The translations under genes were made by a program, and so were the position numbers. The notes beneath the pieces are model-generated. The model worked only from the letters and a program-made list of their open reading frames with translations, was not told the origin of the DNA and ran no database searches. Positions 24,776 through 38,450 of a DNA stretch of 64,000 nt are shown here, one piece after another (within the stretch, counting starts at the first letter, position 1; each line of letters opens with the position of its first letter). Source of the DNA: Ostrea edulis (taxonomy: Eukaryota); assembly GCF_947568905.1 (NCBI RefSeq), contig NC_079167.1, forward strand, positions 86,552,001 to 86,616,000, in the 5' to 3' direction.

Positions 24776-26044
24776 ATAAAAGACGATGAATGGAGTGAAT
24801 TGTTTGAACTGTACCACGAGTGACTGTGTCACCACACACACACGTATAATGGAACCTGTGGATATAGAGCGGACTCACGGAAACGTGAAGACACGGTTCT
24901 TCCTTATTATTGAACGACCCTAATCAAGACTGGTTTTTAGGGGTGGGTGAGTAAAATACACATACCATCGCAATTACACAATAGTCTGAGAAATGAGAAT
25001 ATCAGCGAGGAGAAAGAGAAATACTGATTAAGAGCATGAAAAACAAAATATTTTGAATATCAAAATAAATCTAAATGAAAATTTTTATATCATTTTCAAA
25101 AAGTGATAAATTGGTCACCATAGTGACGGCTGGTGGTTAAGTGAAAAGTAAACATACCGACATACCAGATTAATGAGAAAGGTGGGAGGGGGTGTCCACC
25201 ATACCGGGGTTTGTTACACAGGTCCAAAATCAGCCCAATACATAGAAATATTCGGTTAATGATCACATTTCAGAGATAATCCATAAGAAGAAATTCACAT
25301 CGTGGCGCGAGGCTTTGGTGTTTCTCGCTGAAGAGTGTGGCTTACTGTCTGTTAAGTGCCCGAGGCGCGTGATGAATGACAAGACACGATAAATCAAACC
25401 GCGCTGCGATGTGCATGTTTACGACTGCCGAGCCAAAACAATGGGGGGTGGGGCTGACCCTGGCGAGAGAGAAGGAGCTCAAAGAGCTTGATAGCAGGCA
25501 TAATTAAATTACAATTAAATTGTATTTCAGGATGCACATTTTATTTAATTGTAATTTAAGACGGTCCATATTTCGCAGGGAAAATAGACTATATAAAAAG
25601 ATGTAAGATGCATATTTCGACAAAAGAATTTAATTGATGAGTTGGCGGTCAGCGTTATAATTGTGGCTTAAGAGATAAAGTTTATAAATGACGTTGGTCA
25701 ACTGTCTGTAACCACTTTAGGAATGTCACGTGATTGTTACCTGTACCATAATAATACAAAGATTGAATGCGTAGATGGTGCACCTCAGTAAATGTATTTT
25801 AGGCACATGTCCACAATTTAAGGAAACTTTTGGCCATTAACATTATGCAACCTTTATCTTTATCTAAAAATACATATGAACTTTTGAAAATGTTTCAAGA
25901 ATGATTATATTTCAAAATTATTTTTACGAATGTTGTGTAAGAAAATGGTGTACATAATGTTTTGGCAAACTATGTTGTAATGGAAGAGTGATTATTCTCA
26001 AAAGATTAAGTTTATGCAAATTATGGGGTGGATTAGCACTGCAG

Positions 26045-26543
26045 CTCTGCTGTGTCCAGGGGTCCGTGTTTGCTCAACTATTTTGTATTGCTTGTAGGAG
26101 TTATGAGGTTGATCACTGTTCGTTATCTTCACCTTTCATTTCTTAACCTTGTTATTTACATATTTGTATAAAGCATGAAATCATCAAAAATTGCTGTGTT
26201 TATTATTGATAACCGACGATTCTTGCATGAAACACGTGATCGTCTTACAGGCATTGTCTGAAGGAATACAGGACCTTTCTTTGTATTTTGTTATAAAAAA
26301 AGAAAACGTACCCCAAGTTTCCACAATCAAAATAGTATATCATAATAAAGTAGTCGTATATTACTTGACACATTGATTTTGATTACGGATTACTCCGTTT
26401 ACCTGATCAAGATATAGGGCTCACAGCGGGTGTGATCAGTCGACAGGGGATGCTTACTCCTCCTAGGTACCTAATCCCACATTTGGTGTGTCCAGGTATC
26501 CGTGGTTGCCCAACTCACTATTCGTTATCTTCACCTTTCATTC
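26045..26543 (+). mobile_element. Two Naiad-like 3' UTR fragments (26045-26142 and 26372-26543)
   Basis: Both end TTCGTTATCTTCACCTTTCATT and match the 52707-52925 UTR. Confidence 0.85.
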
Positions 26544-27349
26544 AAATTTTGTGATTTTTTTAAAATACAAGTACTAAGGCTTAAAAGTAAAATTAGTTCC
26601 GCAATTGCCTTCATGGAAAGGTTTATTGCGGACAGAAAATTATGAGTTCAATATTCTGAAATATGTTACTTCATTTTTATGAATATCCATTAATATATTT
26701 TTACATTCAAATTGATTGTTTTGTTTTTTAATGTTATGCACGGATAAATGTGTGGCTGTGATTTACTACAACTGAATTATATTAATAATAACTTAACTCG
26801 ATGTTAACGTTGCATAGTATCTGCTTTACAATCCATAGTCTCACGTGATTCAAGTCGCCACGAGTAAGAATCGACAGTGTTTCGTGATTCAAGTCGACAC
26901 GAGTAAGATATTCTATCATTCGACAGAATTTGACAAAATATCTAAGTTTAATCCAAGAAGTGCCGCACTTGGTGTGCTCTACATAAAGATGTATATTCAT
27001 ATTTGATCACTACATTACTTAAGAAACATATTTTTCAAATATCTAGAAAAAGAGCACCATTCTATTCAATGATATTTTTTAATATATACCTTAATAATTA
27101 TTATAGTATAGCAAACAATGAACAGTGATGAATCTTTTGGAAAAAGATAGTGAAATGAAAGTGTTTATTTGAAAACAATTTTACAGAGTTATCGTTCTAT
27201 TTTTGTCAATACATATACAGGTAGTATGATACAAGTTTTTGCATATTCATTTAATGCATCTTCCGTACGTGTTTATGTATGTGAGTGTGTGTATGCATAT
27301 ATAGATAATGTTATTGTAAATAAAATAAAAATTAAAACAAATAATAATG

Positions 27350-27905
27350 GAAAGGTGAAGATAACGAACAGTAAACAATCTTATAACTCCTATAAGCAAT
27401 ACCAAATAAAAAGTTGGATAAACACGAATCCGACATACCAGTGGTGGGCTCAGGTGCCTAGGAGGAGTAAGCATACCCTGTCGACCGGTCACACCCGCCG
27501 TGAGCCCTATATCTTCATCAGATAAGCGGAGCTATCCGTAGTCAAAACCAGTGTGCCAAGAACGGCCTAACAATCGGTATGAAACACGTCAGACAGCATT
27601 TTACCTAATGAAAGGTTGTACTGGCAAACTAGATGGTTTGTAATTTGCAAAATGCTGACTTTAAACGAAACTGTTCAAACCCCTGTACCATCAACTTGTT
27701 TGTCAGTAGCCTGCCTCGATTTAAAAACTGACCATACGCAGAACAAGCTCTTACGTATCGAATCAGTTGAGAGATATAAACACAATATTCAGGTGATAAT
27801 GGCATATTGCTACATAAATATGGGAAGTTGACGATGGAGAAGCTGAAATCATCCCGTTTGTCATTAAGTTGAGTTGTTAGTTTGCCGTTAATATCTACTT
27901 TCCAC
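27350..27905 (-). mobile_element. Naiad/Chlamys-like Penelope element: RT C-terminus plus 3' UTR, 5'-truncated
   Basis: Minus-strand translation KLTTQLNDKRDDFSFSIVNFPYLCSNMPLSPEYCVYISQLIRYVRACSAYGQFLNRGRLLTNKLMVQGF is a Penelope-type RT thumb, followed directly by the UTR with no C-terminal endonuclease. Confidence 0.85.
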
Positions 27906-29082
27906 CATATAACTGAAAAAATGTTGAGTGTCGCGGAAAACATCATCAAACAATCAATCAATAAAATATCTAAGTATGAAGTGGAAGTGGACGACTCTGT
28001 GGTGTCTTTTATTTCGAGTTCACAGGGATATATCGAATCGATACCTGGATGAAATTAAATCATTATACTTTCATGTAAAATACTCGAATCTGATTGGTCA
28101 GGAAGCATTTGGAAAAACATATTGTTACCCCCTGAGAACAGAAAGCACGCGCTCTGGGGGTGATAGTATCTAGTAACGGGTAACAGTACTTGACAACAGG
28201 TGATATCATAAAAAATTATCACATCCGTCAATTTTTACAATACACTATGCGATACCTGTTTTTTAATAGTCAAGACTGCTAACGAGAACTTGCATGTTTT
28301 TCTTAATGAAAGTTGTTGACAAAGGCATGATGCTTTTTACGAAAAACAGTTGTGAACTTTGCAAAGCATTGGAAGGATAAATCTAAGGCCAAACAAGGTA
28401 AATAAGCGTTAAACAGTTTAAGTGGCTCGTCCTTAATACTGGGGAATCCTACAGGTATTCAAATGGCAAATACGCAATAAGAGTATAAATATGAATGAAG
28501 GTCAGTTCTACGTCACGAAAGCTAGCACGGAGCTCCGATCAGGGAAAGTTCCCGCTTCAGTGCAACACCCTCTTTTGCATGAAAATTCGGTATTTTGACC
28601 AACAATTCAAATTTTTTATCTATAACCCCCACATACTGAAGTTCCATTTTAGATTTTGAGACAAGACTTTGTAATTCATGTGCATTTTACTCCTAATGTG
28701 TTCTTTTAAACTCTCAAATTCTATATCATAAATATTTCCGTATCTCGAGTGCAACAAGGTCACTATTTATTTCAAATCTACTGGTATCAAACTTCTTTTA
28801 TATCTGCATTGTTAGAAGATATGCTTATGTATCTATTTTATGCAATGATTGATTTGTGTTGTTTATGTTGGGTTGACGCCAATAAACAAACCAAGTTTAA
28901 ACGAATAAATCTTGAGTAAATTTTAAGTACAAAAAATGTCAACTTTAAAGCACAGTATTTCAATGACAAGCACCATGACCCCAATTTTTCCTTTTAATTT
29001 CCAAACTGTTCTTCAATTTAGAAATCAAAAACGCACTTCTCCCAAAATTTACAATACCGCAAAACTAAGGTGCCGTCCTCTT

Positions 29083-29355
29083 TAAGTTGACACGAGTAAG
29101 AGTTTCACGAGATTTAAGTTGACACGAGTAAGAGTTTCACGTGATTTAAGTTGACACGAGTAAGAGTTTCACGAGATTTAAGTTGACACGAGTAAGAGTT
29201 TCACGTGATTTAAGTTGACACGAGTAAGAGTTTCACGAGATTTAAGTTGACACGAGTAAGAGTTTCACGAGATTTAAGTTGACACGAGTAAGAGTTTCAC
29301 GTGATTTAAGTTGACACGAGTAAGAGTTTCACGAGATTTAAGTTGACACGAGTCA
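29083..29355. repeat. 32-bp minisatellite, about 8.5 copies
   Basis: Unit TTTAAGTTGACACGAGTAAGAGTTTCACG(A/T)GA. Related isolated units at about 26840-26905 and 29415-29437. Confidence 0.97.
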
Positions 29356-30042
29356 GATAACCTGCTAACTAACACCTGCTGGCTTATAAACTTCAGTTTT
29401 CCTTGACTGAATCTGACACGAGTAACAGTTTCACGTGACAGATATGCAAAAACCTAAGTGACAGTTTTGTCGTATGATGTGTTAATTCTATAGTGATATC
29501 GTGAAATGGTCGTTGTACACAGTAACTTCAATAAATAATGAATAGAAAGAGTAGATAAGGAGGATACAGACTTATGTGGAGAGAATTTAATGTGCTGTGA
29601 ATGTCTCAAGCCCAATCTTGCGTCCAGTGTATTTTTTGTATGTTGGTTCAATGATTTCACTTATATATGGAGACCTTGACCAGCGACAGTGCCAGATTTA
29701 GACCGATGTCAGTACAAGGAAATAGAAAACAATCCAGCCCTCGTGGCACAACTAAGCAGGCGAAATTGAAAAGCCAGTCCTCGTAGCATGATTGGCCAGG
29801 CACAACTTCTATGAACCGGTGTATCAATTTTCATAAGATATTCGTAAGCGCATCCACGAGTGTCACTAAGCTTGAACAGCTGAGGCGGATTGAAATATAT
29901 TCGTTATAATTAAAGTCGAGGGTCTTTACTAAGAGACCTTCAACCTCGCTATTCCATTTCGTGATCAATGTTGTCATGTCATTAAGTGTTCTCCGTAGTT
30001 ACCCACCGTATACTTAAACTGATATCATCTACATCAGTGATT

Positions 30043-30882
30043 AAAGGTGGAGATAACGAACAGTGATCAATCTCATAGATAACTCCAATAAAGGTGGAGA
30101 TAACGAACAGTGATCCATCTCATGACTCCTATAAAGGTGAAATTAATGAACAGTGATCAATCTCATAGGTAACTCCAATAAAGGTGGAGATAACGAACAG
30201 TGATTCATCCCATAGGTAACTCCAATAAAGGTGAAGATAACGAACAGTGATCAATCTCATAACTCCTATAAAGGTGAAATTAACGAACAGTGATCAATCT
30301 CATAACTCCTATAAAGGTGAAATTAACGAACAGTGATCAATCTCATAGGTAACTCCAATAAAGGTGAAGATAACGAACAGTGATTCATCCCATAGGTAAC
30401 TCCAATAAAGGTGAAGATAACGAACAGTGATCAATCTCATAACTCCTATAAAGGTGAAGATAACGAACAGTGATCAATCTCATAACTCCTATAAAGGTGA
30501 AAATGACGAACGGTGATCAATCTCATAACTCCAATAAAGGTGAAGATAACGAACGGTGATCAATCTCATAACTTCAATAAAAGTGAAGATAACGAACGGT
30601 GATCAATCTCATAACTTCAATAAAGGTGAAGATAACGAACAGTGATCAATCTCATAACCCCTATAAAAATGCAGATAACGAACAGTGATCAATCTCATAA
30701 CTCCTATAAGCAATAAAAATAGTTGGGCAAACACGGACCCCTGGATATACCAGAGGTGGGATCATGTGCCTAGGAGGAGTAAACATCCCCTGTCGACCGG
30801 TCACATCCACCTTGAGCCCTATATCTTGATCAGGTAAACGGAGTAATCCGTAGTCAAAATCAGTGTGCCAAGAACGGTCTAA
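30043..30882 (-). mobile_element. Naiad-like 3' UTR whose terminal 43-47 nt is tandemly reiterated 15 times
   Basis: UTR at 30710-30882. Units AAAGGTGAAGATAACGAACAGTGATCAATCTCATAACTCCTAT start at about 30044, 30091, 30134, 30181, 30228, 30271, 30314, 30361, 30408, 30451, 30494, 30537, 30580, 30623 and 30666. Confidence 0.92.
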
Positions 30883-33647
30883 GAATGTAATGTATATAAT
30901 GGTGTGACTGTTGGACCGAGTGAAACATGGAATGGAGATAGGCATGTCCCAAGTGATAATCATAATTCAGTAAAGTACTGTAAATAGAATTAGAAATATA
31001 ACTCACTTTTTGAGCATTTGATCCGGGTATTCATTTTTTACGTAGGAAATATATGTAGACGACGTAAATTATATAGGAACTAATGAACTCGTTTATTTAT
31101 TTTATCTTATTACTGTTTTCTATAATGATAAACTAATACAATGATAATTATACAATTCATTTTAAACAATTGAGTGTTTATTTATTTACAAATTGCACCT
31201 CAGAGTCTTGTAATTTTAGCAACTGAATTCAAACCTCGAATAACTGTTCCAGCAACTAATGAATGAGTTACTCGGAACTCCTTGTGTGGTTTTGTACGAA
31301 CTATTTAAAACGGAAGCAGTCAAGAATACCGATAGTTGAACAAAGTGACGGCGTCCATTCGACACACAGAATTTTCAGTGATAGTATGTAAAGATTATCT
31401 ATTTTCTTTTGCCGATTTTATCTTTTTCCTTTTACAGACTTGTTACCTTTAGTGCATTGCTTTGTAGACAAGCTTTCGCTTGGTGTTATCCTTAGAACAT
31501 AGACCTACATAAAATAAATCAACAACACTCAATTACAGAGGGTCCGGAGAAGGGAAAACCATGCTCGCCATCTCTAAAAGTCTTAAAATCCTGACCTTAT
31601 GTCGTTAAAGAAAATATTCTATTGACTGAGCCGAGTTACCAAATGCTTTAAAACAGAATGCTTTATCGACTTGGCTGAGTTACCGGATATTTTAGGGGAT
31701 AGGGCAGGATTTGTTTTTGGGATGGAGGTGGTCCGAAACATGTTGGTAGCCATTATTAGGGAGTATACATCAAAGTCAGGTTATGGCAGATTAATGGAAA
31801 ATCTTATTTCCCTTTTATCTAAATACTTGTGTTGGTGTAGTTCATAAACTAAGACCCTGTATTACATGCAATTCATACATACTGGTGCTGGTACACGAAA
31901 CATGCCCTGAGTAGGTGCCCTTTTTTCGCTCTGATGTTCTCTCCTATGGGCTAAATCCGCACCACCCAAAACCCCATCAAAGTACCTTGTGAGTGGATTT
32001 AAACACTGCACAATCAAGAACCTTTTCTGCCCTTCTTAAAAATATAGCTTTCAACTGGGGCCATCCATCTTCCTTCTCAGCTACATACCGTATACTTTAA
32101 TCTGAATTTCTTCAGCAACTGACCGCGTGTCATAGTTTCGTATTTGCACCCATCTATATGCTTAGCATTATGGTAACGCCTGCATGTTGCATATCATTTT
32201 TTTTAAATTAAGCACTCGACTACACTGTACATTTATCTTAAAACTATTCTACACATTTTAGCACATGTGATATCACTCCAAAATGGGTTATCTTCATATT
32301 TTGATGAATTTGACCGGGACTTATAGTTCAATAGTATCCTCTGCTACCTTATTACCGAATACTTTATCGACTACAGAAAGGTCTGATTGGCGTTGCATTG
32401 AATATATATAACGATTCATTTGAACTCGGAAATTGCCGATGAACTCGGGAATTGACAATGAACTCCGAAATTCACGATGATATACAAAAATAAGAATGTA
32501 TTGACGGACGTGACTGTAAAAATCGCCTGTCATAATGCCATAAAGGAACGTCACACTGGTCATTTAAACAACTGCTATTTAGAATCTAGTAGAAAATATG
32601 TCTTTATGATTTCTTTCTCCTTTTCCCCCTTTCCTTCTTATTTTATTTTATTCTTCTTTTCTGTTTTTTTCTTCTTCTTTTTAGTCTTCGTAAATTTTAA
32701 AAAATTCCGAGATGATCGTTGTTACTTCGTGGTTCTTTTACAACTGATGACGTCTATATATGCGGGGAACATATTTTTAAGGAACTGTCCTTTCTGCCAT
32801 TTAAAAAAGATTATAACGAACACTGGAAAACAAATTTCCAAGGGCGATAATTTCTGTTGCTTGTTTTTGACCTTTAAATCCCTGTTAAGTTCCCACAGTC
32901 GGGATCGGGAAAATGTTATGAAAAACGAATGATGTTCGTACGAGAAATGCAGATTTATGTATTGAGTAATCGTTTTCATTCAAACCTCAATTCTTATGTG
33001 TTTATCATTTTTCAAATGTAGTTTTAAAATAATGTAATTGGCGTTCCATAATTTTCTATTACATTTTATGATGTTTTGAGTTTCTAATCATTATTTTTTC
33101 ATCTTTTTATTTCCTTTGCCGATTTAAACGTACATGTATATTAATTAATTTTTAAATGTAGAAGTAGGATACAACTATATTTATATAACTTAGAAGTATG
33201 AAATGTGTTTGTCTTCTATAATGTGACAATGTGACCAAAGGCAACATTCAACGATAAGTACAATAATTCATTGTGGTGAAAATAAATAGAAAAAATAGTT
33301 TTATTGTGCAAAATCGTTATGCTCTTTAATTAGAAATGTGTAACACACCCAAGAAAATGGATGGATGACATGATCAAAATCTGTCAAATATTCTCATGGC
33401 AATGGGGAATTTCAAATTTACCTATCGAGCCGAGATTTACAAATGTATTGTATAATCATGAAGAAATTAAGATCCCGGCGTTACTCTAACACACGCACCA
33501 CAAATCCACCTTTTAAAAAATAATTCATTAAAAGCACAACGCTTTAAGGTTATTTCTCCTTAACGTGTAATAATTTGTAAGGTAATGAATAGTACAATAA
33601 AAAAAACCAAGACAGAAATTCTGATGGTACCATGAAAAACGACGAAA

Positions 33648-33905
33648 TTAACGAACAGTAATCAATTTCTTAAATCCTATAAAGGACACAAAATCAAAAG
33701 AAGGGCGAACACGGACCCCTGAAAACAACAGATATTGGATCAGGTGCACAGGAGGAGTAAGCATCACTTGTTGACCGGTCACACCCGCCGTGAACCCTAC
33801 ATCTTGATCTGTTGAACGGAGTAATCGGTAGTCAAAATCATCATGTAAAGAACGACCAAACAACTGGTATGAAACACGTCAGACAGCATTCGACCTAATT
33901 CATCA
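33648..33905 (-). mobile_element. Naiad-like 3' end fragment
   Basis: Matches the ORF end (GRMLSDVFHT) and the UTR of the family. Confidence 0.85.
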
Positions 33906-34540
33906 TGTTCTTTTTCAAAACATCGTTCATGCATCGTTTTCTTTAATTTATCATGATTAAAATTAGGCATCAACGACGTATAGCTATGGTTATAAATTTT
34001 GTAAAGAGGAAAGCTTGTAATCGAATTCACCATCCTTTGGCATTTAAAGCTAAGGGATATTTCCATATGTATCGACGTGTTTCGCATTAAAACGAAGTAG
34101 ATTTTTATTTCCTTTTAGAATCCTAGACGCAGTGCTCTAATTAGAAATGTTTTGCAATTAAAGTAATTTTTGGCGAAAAGATAAACACAGTCTAGAACAT
34201 GCTTCACTCAGATGTACAGAAATAAGTGATGTACTCTGGGAAATGGTTCTTAGGGTATAGATTCCTTTAGAAATCTCCATACGATCGCAACCCCAAAACA
34301 TAAGACTCTTTATAGTAAAACTAAAGATTATCTTAATACGCAAAGAAAAGATTATCTTAATATTAAAACAAAAGAATATCTTAATACTAAGACAAAAGAT
34401 TATCTTAATTCTCAAATAAAAGAATATTTTAATTCTCAAACAAAAGATTATCTTAATACTAAAACAAAAGATTATTTTTATACTAAAACAAAATATTATC
34501 TTAATACAAAAAGATCATCTTAATACTCAAACAAAAGGTT

Positions 34541-36117
34541 ATTAGGTCACCTGAATCACTCAGGTGACCAGTTTCAATTGGTCTGCGTCCGTCGCCATGC
34601 GTCGTCCGTTAACAATTGAACATTTTTAACTTCTTGATAACTACCATTCCAATTCTTTTCAAATTTGGTATAAAGCATCTTTAGGACAAGTAGGACATGA
34701 ATTGTAAATTGTAAATTTCAGGTCTCCTGCACCCCCGGGACCTGAGGGTAGGGCAAAAACTGCCAAAAATTGATCAATGTTCAAAAATCTTCTTTTCTAG
34801 AACCACACATGGGTAAATGCATCATGTTGTAGAGCAAGAAGGCATTTACTAAATTTATAAATTTGATTATCCCCGGGGTAAAGGTTCTGACCCCAGGGCT
34901 GGACCAAACTTGGCATGTAGTGTTTATGTGTAAAACACTTAAATAACATCCCCTTTAGTGCTATTGATATTAAATTGAAACCAAATAGATATTTAAAAAG
35001 AGCAGATAGTCCTTTACCAAAATTGTAAATTTGATGATCCCAGAGGTAGGGGTTTTGGTATCAGGGTGGGGCCAAAATGTTCAGTTATTAAATGTGTAAA
35101 CAATAGAACTTTTTTAACTTCTTGATAACTACCATTACAATTCTTTTCAAATTTAGTATGAAGCATATTTGGGACAAGGGGGCATAAATTGTAATATTCA
35201 GGACTCCTGCATCCTTGGAGCCTTAGGGTTAGGGCAAAAACTGCCAAAAATTAACCAATTTAAAAATAATTCTTCTTTAGAACCACACATGTGTAAGAAA
35301 AACTTAATGTATCATGATGTAGAACAGGAATGCCTTTATCAAAACTGTAAAGGTTCTTATCCCAGGGTGGAGGCAAACATGGTATATAATGTTTATGTGT
35401 GAAACATTGAATAACATTTTCTTTAGTGCTATGGATACTAAATAGATATTTAGAAAGAACAGGTAGTCCTTTTACAAATTTGCAAATTTGATGATCTCAT
35501 GGGTAAGGTGTTTGGTATAAGGGTGGGGCCAAAATGGTCAGTTGATAAATGTGTAAACAATAGATGATTTTCAACATTTTCTTCCAATTCCTTTCAAATT
35601 TGGTAAGAAGCATGTTTGGTACAAAGAGGACATAAACTGTAAATTTCAAGACTCCTGGGGTTTCAGAGGTGGGATCAGGTGCCTAGGAGAAGTAAGCATC
35701 CCCTGTCGACCGGTCACACCCGCCGTGAGCCCAGTTTATGAAAAAGCTAAATGCATGATGAGAGAGAGGAGGAAGTCCCTACCAAAATTGTAAATTTCAT
35801 TACCCTCAGGGTAGAGGTTCTGACTCCAGGGCGGGGTCAAATTTGGTATATTTAGTGTAAAACATGTAAATGATATTTGCTTTAATGCTATTGATACTGA
35901 ATTGAAACTAAATGGCTATTTCGAAGGAGTTTGAAGTCCTTTACCAAAATTGTAAATTTCGTTATCCTAGGGAGTAAGGGTTTGGTTTCATGGTGGAGCT
36001 AGAGTGATTGCAGTGATTATTGTCTTTATCATTTGAATGACTTCTTTAAGTTTACTGATACAGCAACCACAGGGTTTTGACTTTAGGGTGGGTCCAAAAT
36101 AGTGATATCGTCTAATG

Positions 36118-36178
<61 letters not shown>

Positions 36179-37566
36179 TATATATATAAGCACTGAAAAG
36201 GCCACGACACTGTTGGTTATTTAAAACTCAAATTTTCGACGCAACCCGCGTCTTTATCAAGAGACATATATTACATAAACAAATAACACGCAAAAACGAC
36301 AAGTATCGATAAACTACATTGGTGACAAGAGTGATACACTATTGTACTGAGTGATAAAAATGGTGGTGGTTTCGTTGTAAAGCGTGTTTACTGACTATGG
36401 TTTAAAGAGTTTGTACCATGGTCGGTTCGGGATGAAAATAAAATTATTCTTGAAAAATGACAGAAATCAGATAAATTTAGAGGGAAAACTTACAAAACAA
36501 TGTGATTATGGAATAAAATGGTGGGAAGATAATGATATGGAGTGATTAAGTTCAAAACAATATTAGGTAGTCCGTACCATTGATGATTCGGATATGGTGA
36601 ACAGCGAAAAATAATGATTGCCAGAAGAACACGATTAAACAACAAACAAAGTCAATCAAAGGACACTGATCTAGCATTAAAATCAACAATCGAATAGGTG
36701 AATGGGAGAGAAGTCTGAGGAAAAAGATTCAGTATTATTTTTCAAGGTAATATATTTTTCAAGGTCAGACAAATTGAAGCCGCATTCTAGAAATTCTGAT
36801 ATCGCAACAGAAAGAGCTATGCGAATCCGAATTTATGTTGATTTAGAATGTTTTACCATAGTTTAGAGGTCTTAAGATGATATATTAATAAAATACTAGT
36901 CTTCAAGGTCAATACATTTTTTTCCTTATTATCATCCCCCCCCCCCTTTTTTTTATTTTAAAATTTTAAAAATGAGAGGGAGAGAGAGAGAAAGAGCTAT
37001 ATAATTTCATAATTGTAATGATTTCTTATGATGTTCTAACACAATTAGGAAGTATTGAAGGTCAAACAACGATCAGAATCCTAGGTATCCTCGCTATGGC
37101 ACTCAAGGTTAAATAAAGGAACTCAAGGTCAGAGCCTTGAAACCGGGGAAACGAATTGTATTTATATTAATCAAATAAAATAAGATATCTTATCGGGTGA
37201 ATTTTGGCGATTAGGCTATGGAAACTGATTTTAACTAAGGATTTATCCTGGATTCATGCGCGTGAAATCATTCAAATTATTCATTCCACCTGGAAGGAAT
37301 GATTTCAAACGGTGCATCCAGGATTTTTCCGTGCTCTTTCTCTCTGAATATATATATATATCATATTATGTAAAGCCTTTCATCAATATATGCACTTTTG
37401 AAGGCATTGAAGTTTTAAAAACACATCTTGTTTTATGCTGTTGCCGAATATTAGAATTTAGCTTAGATATTCAGAACAGGAATTTTGTTTTCTAGATTTT
37501 TAGTTCTTGGGACTAGTGATACTTTTAACTAGTAATCAGGTGATCGATAAAGCATATGGGCCTCTT
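34541..37566 (+). mobile_element. Non-autonomous Helentron-type (HINE) element with internal satellite-like repeats and nested insertions
   Basis: 5' hairpin GGTCACCTGA-ATCAC-TCAGGTGACC, then a (GTCC/GTCG)-like microsatellite. Internal long repeats (AAATTTGGT/AAAATTGTAAATTT...GATCCC). 3' subterminal TCAGGTGA plus degenerate palindrome ...TATGGGCCTCTT. Inserted at TT. Nested: a Naiad fragment at 35662-35732, and (TA)n plus foreign DNA at about 36118-36900. Confidence 0.8.
36118..36188. repeat. (TA)n microsatellite
   Basis: Read directly. Confidence 0.98.
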
Positions 37567-37824
37567 ATCTTAATACTAAAACAAAAGACTATCTTAATAC
37601 TAAACAAAATATTATCTGAATATTAAAACAAAAGATTATATTAGTGCTAAACAAACGATTATCTCAATACTAAACAAAATATCATCGTGATACTAAAACA
37701 AAATATGCCTTTAATATTAAAACAAAAGATTATCTTAATACTTAAAAACAGATTAACTTAATACTAAAACAAAAGAAGGTCTCATTACTAAAATACGCGA
37801 GGATACCCGTATCAAAACAAGCGA

Positions 37825-38450
37825 TGATTTCTGTGTAATTTCATTGGTTAGGGTCTACTCATTCTGATTTCTTAGTTTTCACTGGCTGGGATCCACACAT
37901 TTTGTTTGATTTTATTTGTTAGGATCCACTCATTCTGTGTTATTTCATTGGTTGGGATCCACACATTCTGTGTTATTTCATTGGTTTGGATCCTCAATTT
38001 GTGTGTGACTTTATTGCTTTGGATCTACATATATGTAGACATTCTATGTGATTTCATCGGTTAGGATCCACACATTTAGTATGATTTCATAGTTTTGGAT
38101 CCACACATTCTATGTTATTTCATTGGATGAGATCAACACATTCTGTGAAATTTCATTGGTTGGGATCCACACATTCTGTGTCATTTCATTTGTTAGGATT
38201 CACACATTCTGTGTTAATTTATTGCTTTGGATCTACATATATGTAGACATTCTATGTGATTTCATTGGTTAGGATCCACACATTTTGTGTGATTTCATTT
38301 GTTAGGAGTCACACATTCTGTGTTATTTTATTGATTAGGATCCACACATTCTATGTGATTTCATTGGCTGAGATCCACACATTTTGCGTGATTTCATTGG
38401 TTAGGATCTACACATTCTGTGTGGTTTTGTTTGGTAGCATCCACACATTC
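37825..38450. repeat. 33-bp minisatellite with an internal 208-bp duplication
   Basis: Unit GGATCCACACATTCTGTGTGATTTCATTGGTT(A/G). The variant CTACATATATGTAGAC occurs at about 38026 and 38234. Confidence 0.92.

Larger units (their letters stand above)
34290..37790. repeat. 24-bp AT-rich minisatellite (34290-34538 and 37567-37790) split by a Helentron-type insertion
   Basis: Unit AAAGATTATCTTAATACTAAAACA on both sides. Confidence 0.88.

Noticed and set aside
28495-29082. Another Kolobok-like element ending ...GTGCCGTCCTC-TTTAA
   Set aside because: The right end looks plausible but I could not find a matching left TIR.
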